64,000 bases of DNA, from NCBI GenBank assembly GCA_963715865.1, contig OY970280.1:512001-576000 (forward strand). Direction: 5' to 3'. The notes beneath the pieces were generated by a model. It was given only the letters and a program-made list of their open reading frames with translations. It was not told where the DNA came from and made no database searches. A program made the position numbers and the translations under genes. Numbering within the stretch: position 1 is the stretch's first letter; each line of letters starts with the position of its first letter. Source of the DNA: Candidatus Bathyarchaeota archaeon (GTDB lineage: Archaea; Thermoproteota; Bathyarchaeia; Bathyarchaeales; Bathycorpusculaceae). Of this stretch, positions 31,819 to 40,627 are shown piece by piece.

Positions 31819-33153
31819 ATGGAGACACCCGCAAGTACTAAGGAGAAAAGTCAAGAATCCCTCTCTGGCAAGACAAAGGCAATTACCATTGGATTAGTTC
31901 TAGCTATCATTGGCTCCATAATATCTAGTTCTTACGCGAAAGACACAATAACAAATTACACAGGCTTCTTCATGCTACTTGCAGGAATAGCCACCTTCGT
32001 TTTGGGTATATTTGCAACAGCCACAGCAACCATAAAAACTCGTTTAAGCCAAGAAGCGCCAGGAAGTATTAAAGTTAACAAACCGAAGGTCCTTTTTCTT
32101 AGCATATGGGCAATCGGCATCGGCATAGTTCTGGCTGTGATTGGCTCCATACTGGGCAGCACCTATGCAAAAAACACAATAATAAACTACGCAGGCTTCG
32201 GAATGCTATTAACGGGAATATGCGTTTTTGTCCTCGGCATATTCGGAACAGCGTTAGCAACCCTACAAACTCGCTTAAATGAAACTGAAAAACAATCAGG
32301 CGTTAAGGTCGATAAACCAAGGTTTCTATTTTACAGCATATTATCGATTGGCATTGGAATAGTTCTAACTGTTATCGGTTTCATTGTAGCTGGCTCTTAC
32401 GCAAAAGAAACAATATTGAACTACACTGGTTTTGGAATGCTACTAGTAGGGATAGCCATCTTCAGCATAGGCATATCAGGAACGGCTATAGCACTCATAA
32501 ACAACCGCTGGTGCCTAACTGGAAAACGCACAAGCGAGGGCAGACCAAGAGTTCTATTGGGAGGCATATGGGCAATCGGCATTGGCTCAATGTTATTCAT
32601 TAATGGTTCATTAATAGCTAGTTCCTATGCAAAAAATACGCTAATGAATTACGCTGGGTTTGGAATGTTTCTAGCAGGTACAGGCGTTTTTGTTTACGGG
32701 ATATTTGAGACGGCTCGAATTTCTGCAATGGGTTACTTGAGTAGCAGGCGTAACAACACTTGTAACGAAGATGTTGAAGATTTGGCTTTAAAGAAAAGAG
32801 AAAAATTTTCTAAGCGCTCGAGAAACTTTTGGAACTATCTCGTAACCACGCGTGCCCTTCTTAACATTGCAGGCATAATGGTTGCTATGGGTTTGCTTTT
32901 CTTTAGTCTCTGGCAACTGGACCTTATCGTCTCGGGTCCAGTTTGGTGGGAGTCTAGCCCCAAGGGCCAGGGATGGAGTTGGAGCGGTCCTGGTGCATAC
33001 GCAAACGATTACTTCCAATGTTTCCTCTGGAAAACCACTATTGGACAGGCATATGACACCTTGTTTTTAATGATATTCATTTCGTTCATAGTGCTTTTTG
33101 CAAGCGCATTCTTCTGGCCACGATGGCGAGTCAAAAATAATGAATTAAATTAA
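31819..33153 (+). CDS. Polytopic membrane protein with four internal helical-hairpin repeats
   Basis: Four copies of IG..L..IG.....YAK.T..NY.GF.M.L.G...F..GI. Confidence 0.75.
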   Translation: METPASTKEKSQESLSGKTKAITIGLVLAIIGSIISSSYAKDTITNYTGFFMLLAGIATFVLGIFATATATIKTRLSQEAPGSIKVNKPKVLFLSIWAIGIGIVLAVIGSILGSTYAKNTIINYAGFGMLLTGICVFVLGIFGTALATLQTRLNETEKQSGVKVDKPRFLFYSILSIGIGIVLTVIGFIVAGSYAKETILNYTGFGMLLVGIAIFSIGISGTAIALINNRWCLTGKRTSEGRPRVLLGGIWAIGIGSMLFINGSLIASSYAKNTLMNYAGFGMFLAGTGVFVYGIFETARISAMGYLSSRRNNTCNEDVEDLALKKREKFSKRSRNFWNYLVTTRALLNIAGIMVAMGLLFFSLWQLDLIVSGPVWWESSPKGQGWSWSGPGAYANDYFQCFLWKTTIGQAYDTLFLMIFISFIVLFASAFFWPRWRVKNNELN

Positions 33154-33411
33154 GGAGTCAAACCTAAGTAACAACATGCTTGCTTGTTATCGTTATTACA
33201 ACCAATTTTTCTCGCTTCTTAAGCTTTCATCATTTAAAGCTATAGAAGTGCAGTTTCTATCTTTAAGATACTAACATTCTACCTTGCGAGCGCCCATTAG
33301 TTTAAGCCCTTGACTGGCAAATTAATAATATATTCTATATTGATCATATCATTTAACTAATTTACTAATACGAACAGCTAATTCTACTTGAAATTCTGAA
33401 AGAAAAGGTTA

Positions 33412-33504
33412 GGTGAGTTTCCTACTCAACGATTGGAAAATAAAAACCCCTAATCCAGGAAGAGAGGGGAAATTTGGTTCCCAACCGTTGAGTAGGCGCT
33501 CACC
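33412..33504. repeat. ~93-nt long inverted repeat/hairpin (candidate ncRNA or MITE-like element)
   Basis: ggtgagtttcctactcaacgattgg pairs with ccaaccgttgagtaggcgctcacc; inner cccct/agggg. Confidence 0.55.
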
Positions 33505-33801
33505 ACCAAGTTAATGCTTGCTCGCTTGATTTAAATTTTAGCCAACCAATCAAGCGCGTGTGATTGGACAATGTGAATACTAACAGCATATTTTTCTTTG
33601 CGCACTCACCAGCTCCGCCACCTGTAAGATAAGACAAATTATTCTTTGCAAGTTACGTTACGGTTCAAAAAAGAGAAAAGGAAAATAAAGAAAAGTCTAT
33701 TTCGGCTTTTTAAACAGTTTAACCCATTCCACCTCGCGAACAAACTCAAAACTTTCCTCGATTTAACATCACATATTCTATCGCATCTTTAGTGATTGTT
33801 A

Positions 33802-33826
33802 TGGTGCGAGGGGTGAGACTTGAACC
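33802..33826 (-). mobile_element. att-like 3' tRNA-Leu fragment
   Basis: Minus strand GGTTCAAGTCTCACCCCTCGCACCA (T-loop, acceptor strand, CCA); 22/25 identical to the 3' end of the tRNA-Leu at 36258. Confidence 0.65.
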
Positions 33827-34039
33827 GTAAAAACGGATTCGCCTTGGCCAAATTAACTGACTGTTTCCAAACCACTGAGAGAATAAGTGCAATTAATAAA
33901 GTTGCTATAGAGAAAGCTTTTCTTACCGCCGACCAATTATACATTATTTTTCCTCTTGCAAACTCTTTCTTTGTGATTAAATTAGTAGGCAGTATAGATG
34001 AAATTTGGGTTTATCGGGGATTATAGATATTAGGTTAGC

Positions 34040-34495
34040 TTGTCCTTTACTATGTGTTGGTTTGTTATGAAATTTAAGTTACAGATATTTACTCAAGATG
34101 ACATTGAGGACAATTATTTGGGGAGGCGCTATCGCTTTGCTGTGGTTGACTCAGACAAGTCTAAGGGTTATCCATCTAATTTCATCTGCTTGTTGCCTTC
34201 TCAGATAAGCGTTGAACAGAAAAAGAACAGTGTTTTCTCAAAGCTTTTCGGAGAAAAATGTGAAGAGCAAGCTAAAACACTGTTAACGCATGCTTTAGTG
34301 AGTGAAAACAATTCCGAAGTTAAAACTGAAATTGAACGAAGACTAAAGCTGCTTGATCCTAAAACAGTTAATCAAATAAAATGTAGTTCATGCGGAAAAC
34401 TCTTCCAGCCCCGGCGAATAAGAAGGCTTAAACGGAATTTCTGCCAAGACTGCATGAATAGAAGTTATGGCAACCGAGGAGAAGAAACTCAATAA
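34040..34495 (+). CDS. Hypothetical protein with C-terminal Zn ribbon
   Basis: CSSC...CQDC at the C-terminus. Confidence 0.55.
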   Translation: MSFTMCWFVMKFKLQIFTQDDIEDNYLGRRYRFAVVDSDKSKGYPSNFICLLPSQISVEQKKNSVFSKLFGEKCEEQAKTLLTHALVSENNSEVKTEIERRLKLLDPKTVNQIKCSSCGKLFQPRRIRRLKRNFCQDCMNRSYGNRGEETQ

Positions 34496-34808
34496 AACAT
34501 TTTTCCAAGTGTTTTTTCACCAAGCTAAGTTCGGGGTCTCCTACGTCAAAATGTATATCCTTTAGATTTCTCCAAGTGAAATCCTTACTTCTGCCTTCAT
34601 CGTTAGGATCTACCCAAAGAGAAAGAGATAGTCTAACTCATTCTCTTAAACAAACTGAAAGGAAAAAAAGCAATACAGCACCCCACCCGTAACAGGGTTA
34701 TGCTGTTTCAAAATATCGACATATTCATGCGGTCGAAATATGCTTTAAATTTTGAGTTGAAACTATGGGAATACGGGCGCATCAGACATTAGTACGGGGT
34801 GAAAGAAG

Positions 34809-34892
34809 ATGGATTATACTCCTGCCAAGACGTGGTTCGGAATACTTGGTGTTTGCATAGTCTTCGCAATCATGCTTTGGTTGTTAATTTAA
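34809..34892 (+). CDS. Possible 27-aa single-TM peptide
   Basis: MDYTPAKTWFGILGVCIVFAIMLWLLI*, preceded by SD-like GGGGTGA. Confidence 0.3.
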   Translation: MDYTPAKTWFGILGVCIVFAIMLWLLI

Positions 34893-35398
34893 TGATTAAT
34901 GATTAATTTAATGTCTAAGACCCCCAAAAAGCTAGGTTGCGATAGAAGATTTTCTTATCAACCGAAAGGTAACAACCACACGGAATAGATGAATCAACCG
35001 AAGAAGTAACAGAACCTTCGCATGGGTATATTTCCTTTGATAAGGAAGGTAAATCACCCCCTCAATGTACTCTGTAAAACTATGGAAAATCAATCAGCAA
35101 AAACCCCCTATCCCTTGACCTTAGCAAACGAAAAGTAACAGGGAGACGAAACCGACTCAGAGGTAACAGAACCCTTTTTTTGGTTCTGTGAAATCTTCGT
35201 CACTCGACCTGAAATGAAGCCTTCTCAGAATTTTTGTGAAAAATCGTCACCTACTGATAGGAGGTGTTTCTAACCATAAATTTTAGGCAGACAATTTATT
35301 AGGCGTTCATGAGGTTGCGTCTTTGGTGTAAGTTAGGGCTATTGATATGGCGTTGCCTTTGCCGGTGTCGTTTTGTTGAAGTGTGTTGCGTTTTTTGG

Positions 35399-35611
35399 TT
35401 ATTGAACGTCTCTGCTTTTTCTCCAGTTGTCTGGGTATTGATAGACTGTTTTGGGGCCTTCCTTCCAGATTGTGTCGTAGACCTTTAGGAATTCTTGGCT
35501 GGAGAGTCTTTTGTGCTTTTGAATTTTAATCATGGCTTGAACCGTTTCTTCGTCGGGGTTGTTCCCGTTTTGAGAAAGCTTTAGTTTTTTGAGCAATCTC
35601 TTTTTGAACAT
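35399..35611 (-). CDS. Small hypothetical protein (element cargo)
   Basis: 70-aa ORF directly downstream of 35621-35827. Confidence 0.4.
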   Translation of the reverse strand: MFKKRLLKKLKLSQNGNNPDEETVQAMIKIQKHKRLSSQEFLKVYDTIWKEGPKTVYQYPDNWRKSRDVQ

Positions 35612-35620
35612 TTTTTCGCC

Positions 35621-35827
35621 TCAGAACAGTTTGAATTTTTTGCGTGTTGCTCTTTTAACCCTGCATTTTGGCATTGGAAAATCAACGCCGTAAGCTTTTT
35701 CAAGTGCTTTTCTGCATTTTTCAGCAAATTCGCCATCAAGATTTTGGGTGAATTTTTGGTTTATCATTTTTTTCTCTGATTGAGCACTGGAGGAACAGAA
35801 TATAAAAGCAGTATTTCTAGCATACAT
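35621..35827 (-). CDS. Small hypothetical protein (element cargo)
   Basis: Short basic ORF; start uncertain. Confidence 0.35.
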   Translation of the reverse strand: MYARNTAFIFCSSSAQSEKKMINQKFTQNLDGEFAEKCRKALEKAYGVDFPMPKCRVKRATRKKFKLF

Positions 35828-35829
35828 AT

Positions 35830-36207
35830 ATGCCGAAAATGGAAATATTGTTGGAATCGTTGCTTTTCAGAACGAGAATATGTTGGCAATTGGATGTTGC
35901 GCTATATGCAGATACCGTTATTGTTAAAGATAATATACTAAATCGATTGAAAACCTCAAACTTTGGAGCTAAAATTCCCAGGCGGCATACCGATAGTCAT
36001 GTGGGTACGGTTCAATATTGGAAAAAGGGTTTGATTTATGCTCATGATACTCTCATCCACCAAGCGTTTCATCTATTACAGAAAAGAGCATCTTATTATT
36101 TATGCTCGGCTAAAACAGAAGCTGAAGCATGTGTACTAATTGAAGCAGGATTTGAGTTTGTGTGTGATTTCAATGGGCATAAAATATTCAAGAAGAAAAA
36201 ATATTAA
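35830..36207 (+). pseudogene. Remnant C-terminus of a tyrosine integrase
   Basis: Tail AKTEAEACVLIEAGFEFVCDFNGHKIFKKKK resembles PQTPKEEDELITAGFEFVRFDQALNVPIYRKRK of the intact integrase at 51856; catalytic motifs decayed; ends 50 bp from the tRNA 3' end. Confidence 0.6.
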
Positions 36208-36257
36208 ACCAAGTGAAATTTATCGCCAAGACAAACTCCTCGTACTTTTCAACATAG

Positions 36258-36377
36258 TGGTGCCGGGGGTGGGACTTGAACCCACGAAGGCCTGCGCCAG
36301 AGGATCTTAAGTCCTCCTCCATATCTTAGGCAATCTGAATCTGGCCGCCTATTTAGACCTGGCTCGGATACCCCGGC
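36258..36377 (-). tRNA. tRNA-Leu(UAA) with encoded CCA and a 32-nt non-canonical D-arm intron (36321-36352)
   Basis: Acceptor GCCGGGG/CCCCGGC, anticodon arm GAGGA-CTTAAGA-TCCTC, long variable arm, T arm GTGGG-TTCAAGT-CCCAC; removing the intron restores the D stem TCC/GGA. Confidence 0.92.
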
Positions 36378-36768
36378 ACCAGCAACGTAAGTGACAACAT
36401 GGTATTGTTTAAGTTTTTTGCATCCGCCTTGCTTGCTGTTTCTTTGTTTGTAGCACGAAGGTGACAACATAACATTATATTATGATGAGTGAAGCAATAT
36501 TTGCCAGTTGAGGAACACGCTCTACTGTGGCATCTGTGCTGGTCTTTAAGAAACTGCCAAAGGGTTGTCTGAGATAACATCAAGGGGAACTTTTTGGCAA
36601 GTGCTAACGGCTAGTCTGAGGTCGCTGTGGGGTTTAGACTCAACTTGGCTTATTTTTTTCTGCCTATAAATCACTCTTAACACAGGATTCGCTAATTTTT
36701 TGCTTGAAATTATGTTATGCTTATATGCGGGGATTGTTGTATTTTGTTTTTAAGGAGACTGAAAAAGG

Positions 36769-37047
36769 ATGCCCGCTATAGAAGTTGGCAGAATATGCGT
36801 AAAACAATCAGGCCGAGAGAACGGCAAAAAATGTGTCGTAATAGATGTAATGGATAAAAGTTTCGTTTTAGTAACTGGTCCAAAGAAAATTACAGGAGTC
36901 AAGCGGAGAAGAGTCAACATAAACCATATTATGCCTCTCCAAGACAAGATTGAAGTTAAACGGGGAGCATCAGACGAGGAAGTTGCCCAAGTTTTAGAGG
37001 CTGCAGGCAAACTGCAAGATATGACGCAGACCGTTAAAACCGCGTAA
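36769..37047 (+). CDS. rpl14e: 50S ribosomal protein L14e
   Basis: [49 protein letters not shown]. Confidence 0.95.
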   Translation: MPAIEVGRICVKQSGRENGKKCVVIDVMDKSFVLVTGPKKITGVKRRRVNINHIMPLQDKIEVKRGASDEEVAQVLEAAGKLQDMTQTVKTA

Positions 37048-37110
37048 TTTTAAACTTTAATTACCTCAAACTTCTTTTTCTTACAACATGTTAGGAGAGA
37101 AAACGTATAG

Positions 37111-38157
37111 ATGCCTAGAATAATCCCTCCATGGGAAATCAAACGTGAACTGTTGACTAAAGCAGAGGACACGACCAACCCAAAGTATGGGCACAGGCCC
37201 TCTGAAAGACCAGCAAAAGAATACATCCAATACGGCACAATAAACCTTGACAAACCAGCTGGTCCAACAAGTCACGAAGTTGCCGCATGGGTAAAAAAAA
37301 TCATGCACCTGAACAATATCGGCCACGGCGGAACTCTAGAGGCTTAAGCAACAAGCCAGAGAAATCCCAAAGTGACCGGCATTTTACCCATCACCTTAGA
37401 GGATGCTACGAAGGTGGTTCAGGCGTTTCTCTACAGCGGCAAAGAATACGTTTGCGTAATGAAACTTCATGGAGATGTTAAAGAAGAACAAATTAAACCG
37501 GTTCTCAAAGAATTTGAGGATGAAATTTACCAGCGTCCACCTTTGCGTTCCTCAGTTAAACGGCAACTAAGAACCAGACGCATATACTACATAGACTATC
37601 TGGAACTTGATGGGCGCAATGTTCTTTTCAAAGTTGGCTGCGAAGCGGGAACATACATACGCAAACTCTGCTTTGACATCGGCGAAATCCTAGGCGTCGG
37701 CGCTCACATGCAAGAACTGCGCAGGACACGCTCAGGATCATTCATTGAAACTAGCGCTACAAAAGTTACCTTGCATGATGTGGCTTACTGGTTTGGGGAA
37801 TGGGAACAGAAAAAAGACGAAGCAATCCTGCACAAATTCATTGAACCTATGGAAAACGCGTTAACTTTGCTTCCGAAAATTGTGGTTCGTGACTCAGCTG
37901 TTGATGCACTTTGTCATGGTGCAAACTTGACTGCTCCAGGCGTATTGTCGGTTGAAGCAGGCATCGAGAAAGGTTCGATTCTGACTATTTTCACGTTGAA
38001 AGGTGAAGCAGTGGCGTTGGCGAAAGCGCTTGCCTCGACCGAGGAAATGTTAACTTTAAAGCATGGTGCTGTTGCTGCTCTCGAGAGAGTGCTGATGCTG
38101 AGGGGTACTTATCCGAAGGTTTGGAAAAGCGGTAACGTGAATGAGCAGAGACAATAA
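37111..38157 (+). CDS. cbf5: H/ACA RNA-guided pseudouridine synthase Cbf5, two exons (37111-37339, 37364-38157)
   Basis: NLDKPAGPTSHEV, GHGGTL|DPKVTG, KEYVC, YQRPP, CEAGTYIRKLC, ELRRTRSG, PUA domain; follows rpl14e. Confidence 0.93.
37340..37363 (+). other. 24-nt bulge-helix-bulge mRNA intron in cbf5
   Basis: CTCT-AGA-GGCTT...AAGCC-AGAG-AAA; cleavage after the 2nd nt of each bulge gives CTA GAT CCC (L-D-P); unspliced frame has TAA at 37345. Confidence 0.9.
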
Positions 38158-38764
38158 GGGCTTTGAACATTATTTTGCATCTGCGCCTAAGTCTGAAGCA
38201 AGGTTCGGTTTAGTTCGAACTTGTCTGTGTGGAACATTCTTCGAGTTTTTGACTGCTTCAAGCGTTTTTTCGAAGAGACGAGTTGATTTAGGCACCAGAC
38301 TATTAATCGAATCGATGGTTCTGCCGAAAGCAGGCTATGTTCTTGATATTGGTTGTGGGTATGGTGTTGTTGGGATAGTTGCAGCCGCTCTTAATGCAAA
38401 GCTAAGTGTAGTCATGACGGATGTGAACATGAGGGCTGTGCGTTTGGCAAGAAGAAATGTTGAATTAAACCAGGTGGTTAATGCTGAAGTGCGTTATGGT
38501 TACTTGTATGAGCCTGTTGAAGATTTAGTGTTTAGTTGTGTTCTTTCGAATCCCCCTGTAAGTGCGGGTATGGACACGGTAAAAGCCATAGTGAAAGAAG
38601 CCCCAAAAATCATGGCAGATAAAGCCAGTTTCCAAATGGTTATTCGATCTAAAATCGGCGCTAAAGTGTTTCCTTCCGTTTTCAACGAAACCTTTGGGAA
38701 CTGTACGGTTCTTGCAAGAGAAAGCGGGTTCCGAGTGCTCATGGGGCAGCATTTGGCAGTGTAG
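38141..38764 (+). CDS. RsmC/MJ0882-like class I RNA methyltransferase
   Basis: SVFSKRRVDLGTRLL, LDIGCGYGVVG, SNPPV. Confidence 0.85.
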   Translation: MSRDNKGFEHYFASAPKSEARFGLVRTCLCGTFFEFLTASSVFSKRRVDLGTRLLIESMVLPKAGYVLDIGCGYGVVGIVAAALNAKLSVVMTDVNMRAVRLARRNVELNQVVNAEVRYGYLYEPVEDLVFSCVLSNPPVSAGMDTVKAIVKEAPKIMADKASFQMVIRSKIGAKVFPSVFNETFGNCTVLARESGFRVLMGQHLAV

Positions 38765-39223
38765 GTTTATTTGTTAGTCTTTGTCAAAACAAAACTACAG
38801 TAATGCCAAGGAAATATGATATGCTTTGCTAGCATGCCTCTTAATTGGTTAATGAGGTCCCAGTAATGATAGCAGCAATTTTGCTTTGGTGTTTGAGTAG
38901 TAAAATGAGGGGAGGGGGTAGGGCCTGTTAGGCAAGTTTTAACCTCATTACAAAGCTCATTCACGGGCTGAACAGATAACCAGCCAGCGTTGGCGTATTG
39001 GATAAATACCCGTTTTAACATTGAATGTTTGCATGCAAGGGGCTAAACTAAAGCGGTCATAGCGCCTTAAAGTCATTCTTTCGCCATTCTTAGTGTCTCT
39101 GGTTGCTACTACGCTTCATTTTGGCAGACAAACAGTTTACGTTTATCTGACAAGGACTTATATGGTAAGCTTCTTGCATTTAACCAAATTGACCATAAAT
39201 CAGCGGTTTACAATGGTGACAGC

Positions 39224-39445
39224 TTGATGTCTGATGATAACAAGAGAGAGCGCATCACAATTCGACTTACGAAAAGGTATCTTGACTTGTTAAACTTGTT
39301 AATTGAAAAAGGCGTTTACAACAGCCGTAACGAAGCCATCAGGGATGCGCTCAGGATCCTTTATGAGTATCATGGGTTGAAAGTTTCGCCAGAAAAAAAG
39401 CATGCGTTTAATCAGGCTAAAGCGAATGATGTTTCCAAGGAATAA
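39224..39445 (+). CDS. Ribbon-helix-helix (CopG/CdrS-like) regulator
   Basis: ERITIRL...LIEKGVYNSRNEAIRDALR. Confidence 0.8.
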   Translation: MMSDDNKRERITIRLTKRYLDLLNLLIEKGVYNSRNEAIRDALRILYEYHGLKVSPEKKHAFNQAKANDVSKE

Positions 39446-39708
39446 GTTTGACTTTAAAATGCCTCGTGGCTAAAGCTGATGCTTCAGATAAGTATTGACT
39501 GCTGCTGCGAAACGGGGCGTTAAAGGCTCATGCGTCACCTGAGACCACAGCGCCTACTGCCACAGCCGATGGAGTCACGGAGCAGGACAAGGCGAAAGTG
39601 CGCAACTTGGAAAACACAGGATTTGATGGCTGAATACTTTGATTTTCAAGAAAAATCGCTGTTTTCACCTTAAAATTACTCGCCTTTTCTTTGCGGTAAA
39701 CCGTAAAA

Positions 39709-39996
39709 TTGAATAAGCCTTTTGTGCCATACAAAAGGAAACAACACAAGACGCAGGTGGTCAATGTGAAACTGAATAAGACTGATGAATTAGTCGTTAA
39801 AACCTTAAAGACTGAAGGTAAAGCGTTAACTCTTCAAGAAATAGCGGACAAAACAGGCGAAACAACCAAAAAAATCTTCAAGTCACTCCGCAAACTCTTC
39901 GAACACGAAATCATAGAAACAAACGCACACAAATACAAACTTACAGGCAAAAAACCCGACGGCGCCAAGGAAGACGAGCCTGAATTACCAGAATAA
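39709..39996 (+). CDS. Small winged-HTH protein
   Basis: ALTLQEIADKTGETTKKIFKSLRKLFEHEII. Confidence 0.6.
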   Translation: MNKPFVPYKRKQHKTQVVNVKLNKTDELVVKTLKTEGKALTLQEIADKTGETTKKIFKSLRKLFEHEIIETNAHKYKLTGKKPDGAKEDEPELPE

Positions 39997-40006
39997 AATT
40001 AAAAGG

Positions 40007-40080
40007 AGCCTCGAGCGGGCCTTGATCCCGCGGCCTGCTGCTTACAAGGCAGCCGCTCTACCGGGCTGAGCTATCGAGGC
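40007..40080 (-). tRNA. tRNA-Thr(UGU)
   Basis: Acceptor GCCTCGA/TCGAGGC, D stem GCTC/GAGC, anticodon GCTGC-CTTGTAA-GCAGC, T stem GCGGG/CCCGC; CCA not fully encoded. Confidence 0.93.
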
Positions 40081-40157
40081 ACATGCAGTTCTTAGTTTAC
40101 ACCATGACATAAAAGATTAACCAAATAAAAGTTACTGCTTCTCTTTAAAAATTTCAT

Positions 40158-40463
40158 TTACTCTTCATTAACAGTTACAGGATAGACGCCATCACCTTTT
40201 TGACCAAAATAAATTTTGTATTGTGGGTCTGTATGGTGCTTGATTATATGTACCTTTATCAATTTTCTACCATTATAAAGTTGATAAGTAGCGTTCATAA
40301 TTCGGTCATACCACTCTTTTTCATTTAGTCGTAAAACAGCTTTGCCAATTGTTTCAATTCCATCGTCATCATTTAGAACAAAAGTAATCTTTGACTCCCT
40401 CGTCATCCAATTTTCAGGGCTGCTAAGATTATACCACCAAGTGTCTTGATTTCCAGTGGACAA
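40158..40463 (-). CDS. Hypothetical protein
   Basis: 101-aa ORF downstream of hsdR. Confidence 0.4.
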   Translation of the reverse strand: MSTGNQDTWWYNLSSPENWMTRESKITFVLNDDDGIETIGKAVLRLNEKEWYDRIMNATYQLYNGRKLIKVHIIKHHTDPQYKIYFGQKGDGVYPVTVNEE

Positions 40464-40627
40464 CTTTTTTGATGAAAGTATTTTAAGTTCTTTAATTCTA
40501 CCTTCCCCTCTTATATTTAGAGCTTGGTTGTTTCTTAAGCCTTTTTAAAATTTTATATAGTACTTCCAGACGCTCTATTAGCGCTTGGCTATCAAGAATA
40601 CCATTTATATTAAAAACAGTCGAGGCT

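Noticed and set aside
36482-36530. C/D-box sRNA candidate (ATGATGA, TTGAGGA with 12-nt spacing)
   Set aside because: Both D and D' boxes are absent.
37111-38157. cbf5 as a pseudogene, frameshift or stop-codon readthrough
   Set aside because: The 24-nt insert has exact BHB geometry that regenerates the catalytic Asp. The stop is TAA (not Sec/Pyl), and readthrough would leave 8 extra residues in the active site.
39525-39610. GC-rich intergenic stretch resembling an SRP/RNase P fragment
   Set aside because: No diagnostic helices or consensus could be assembled.
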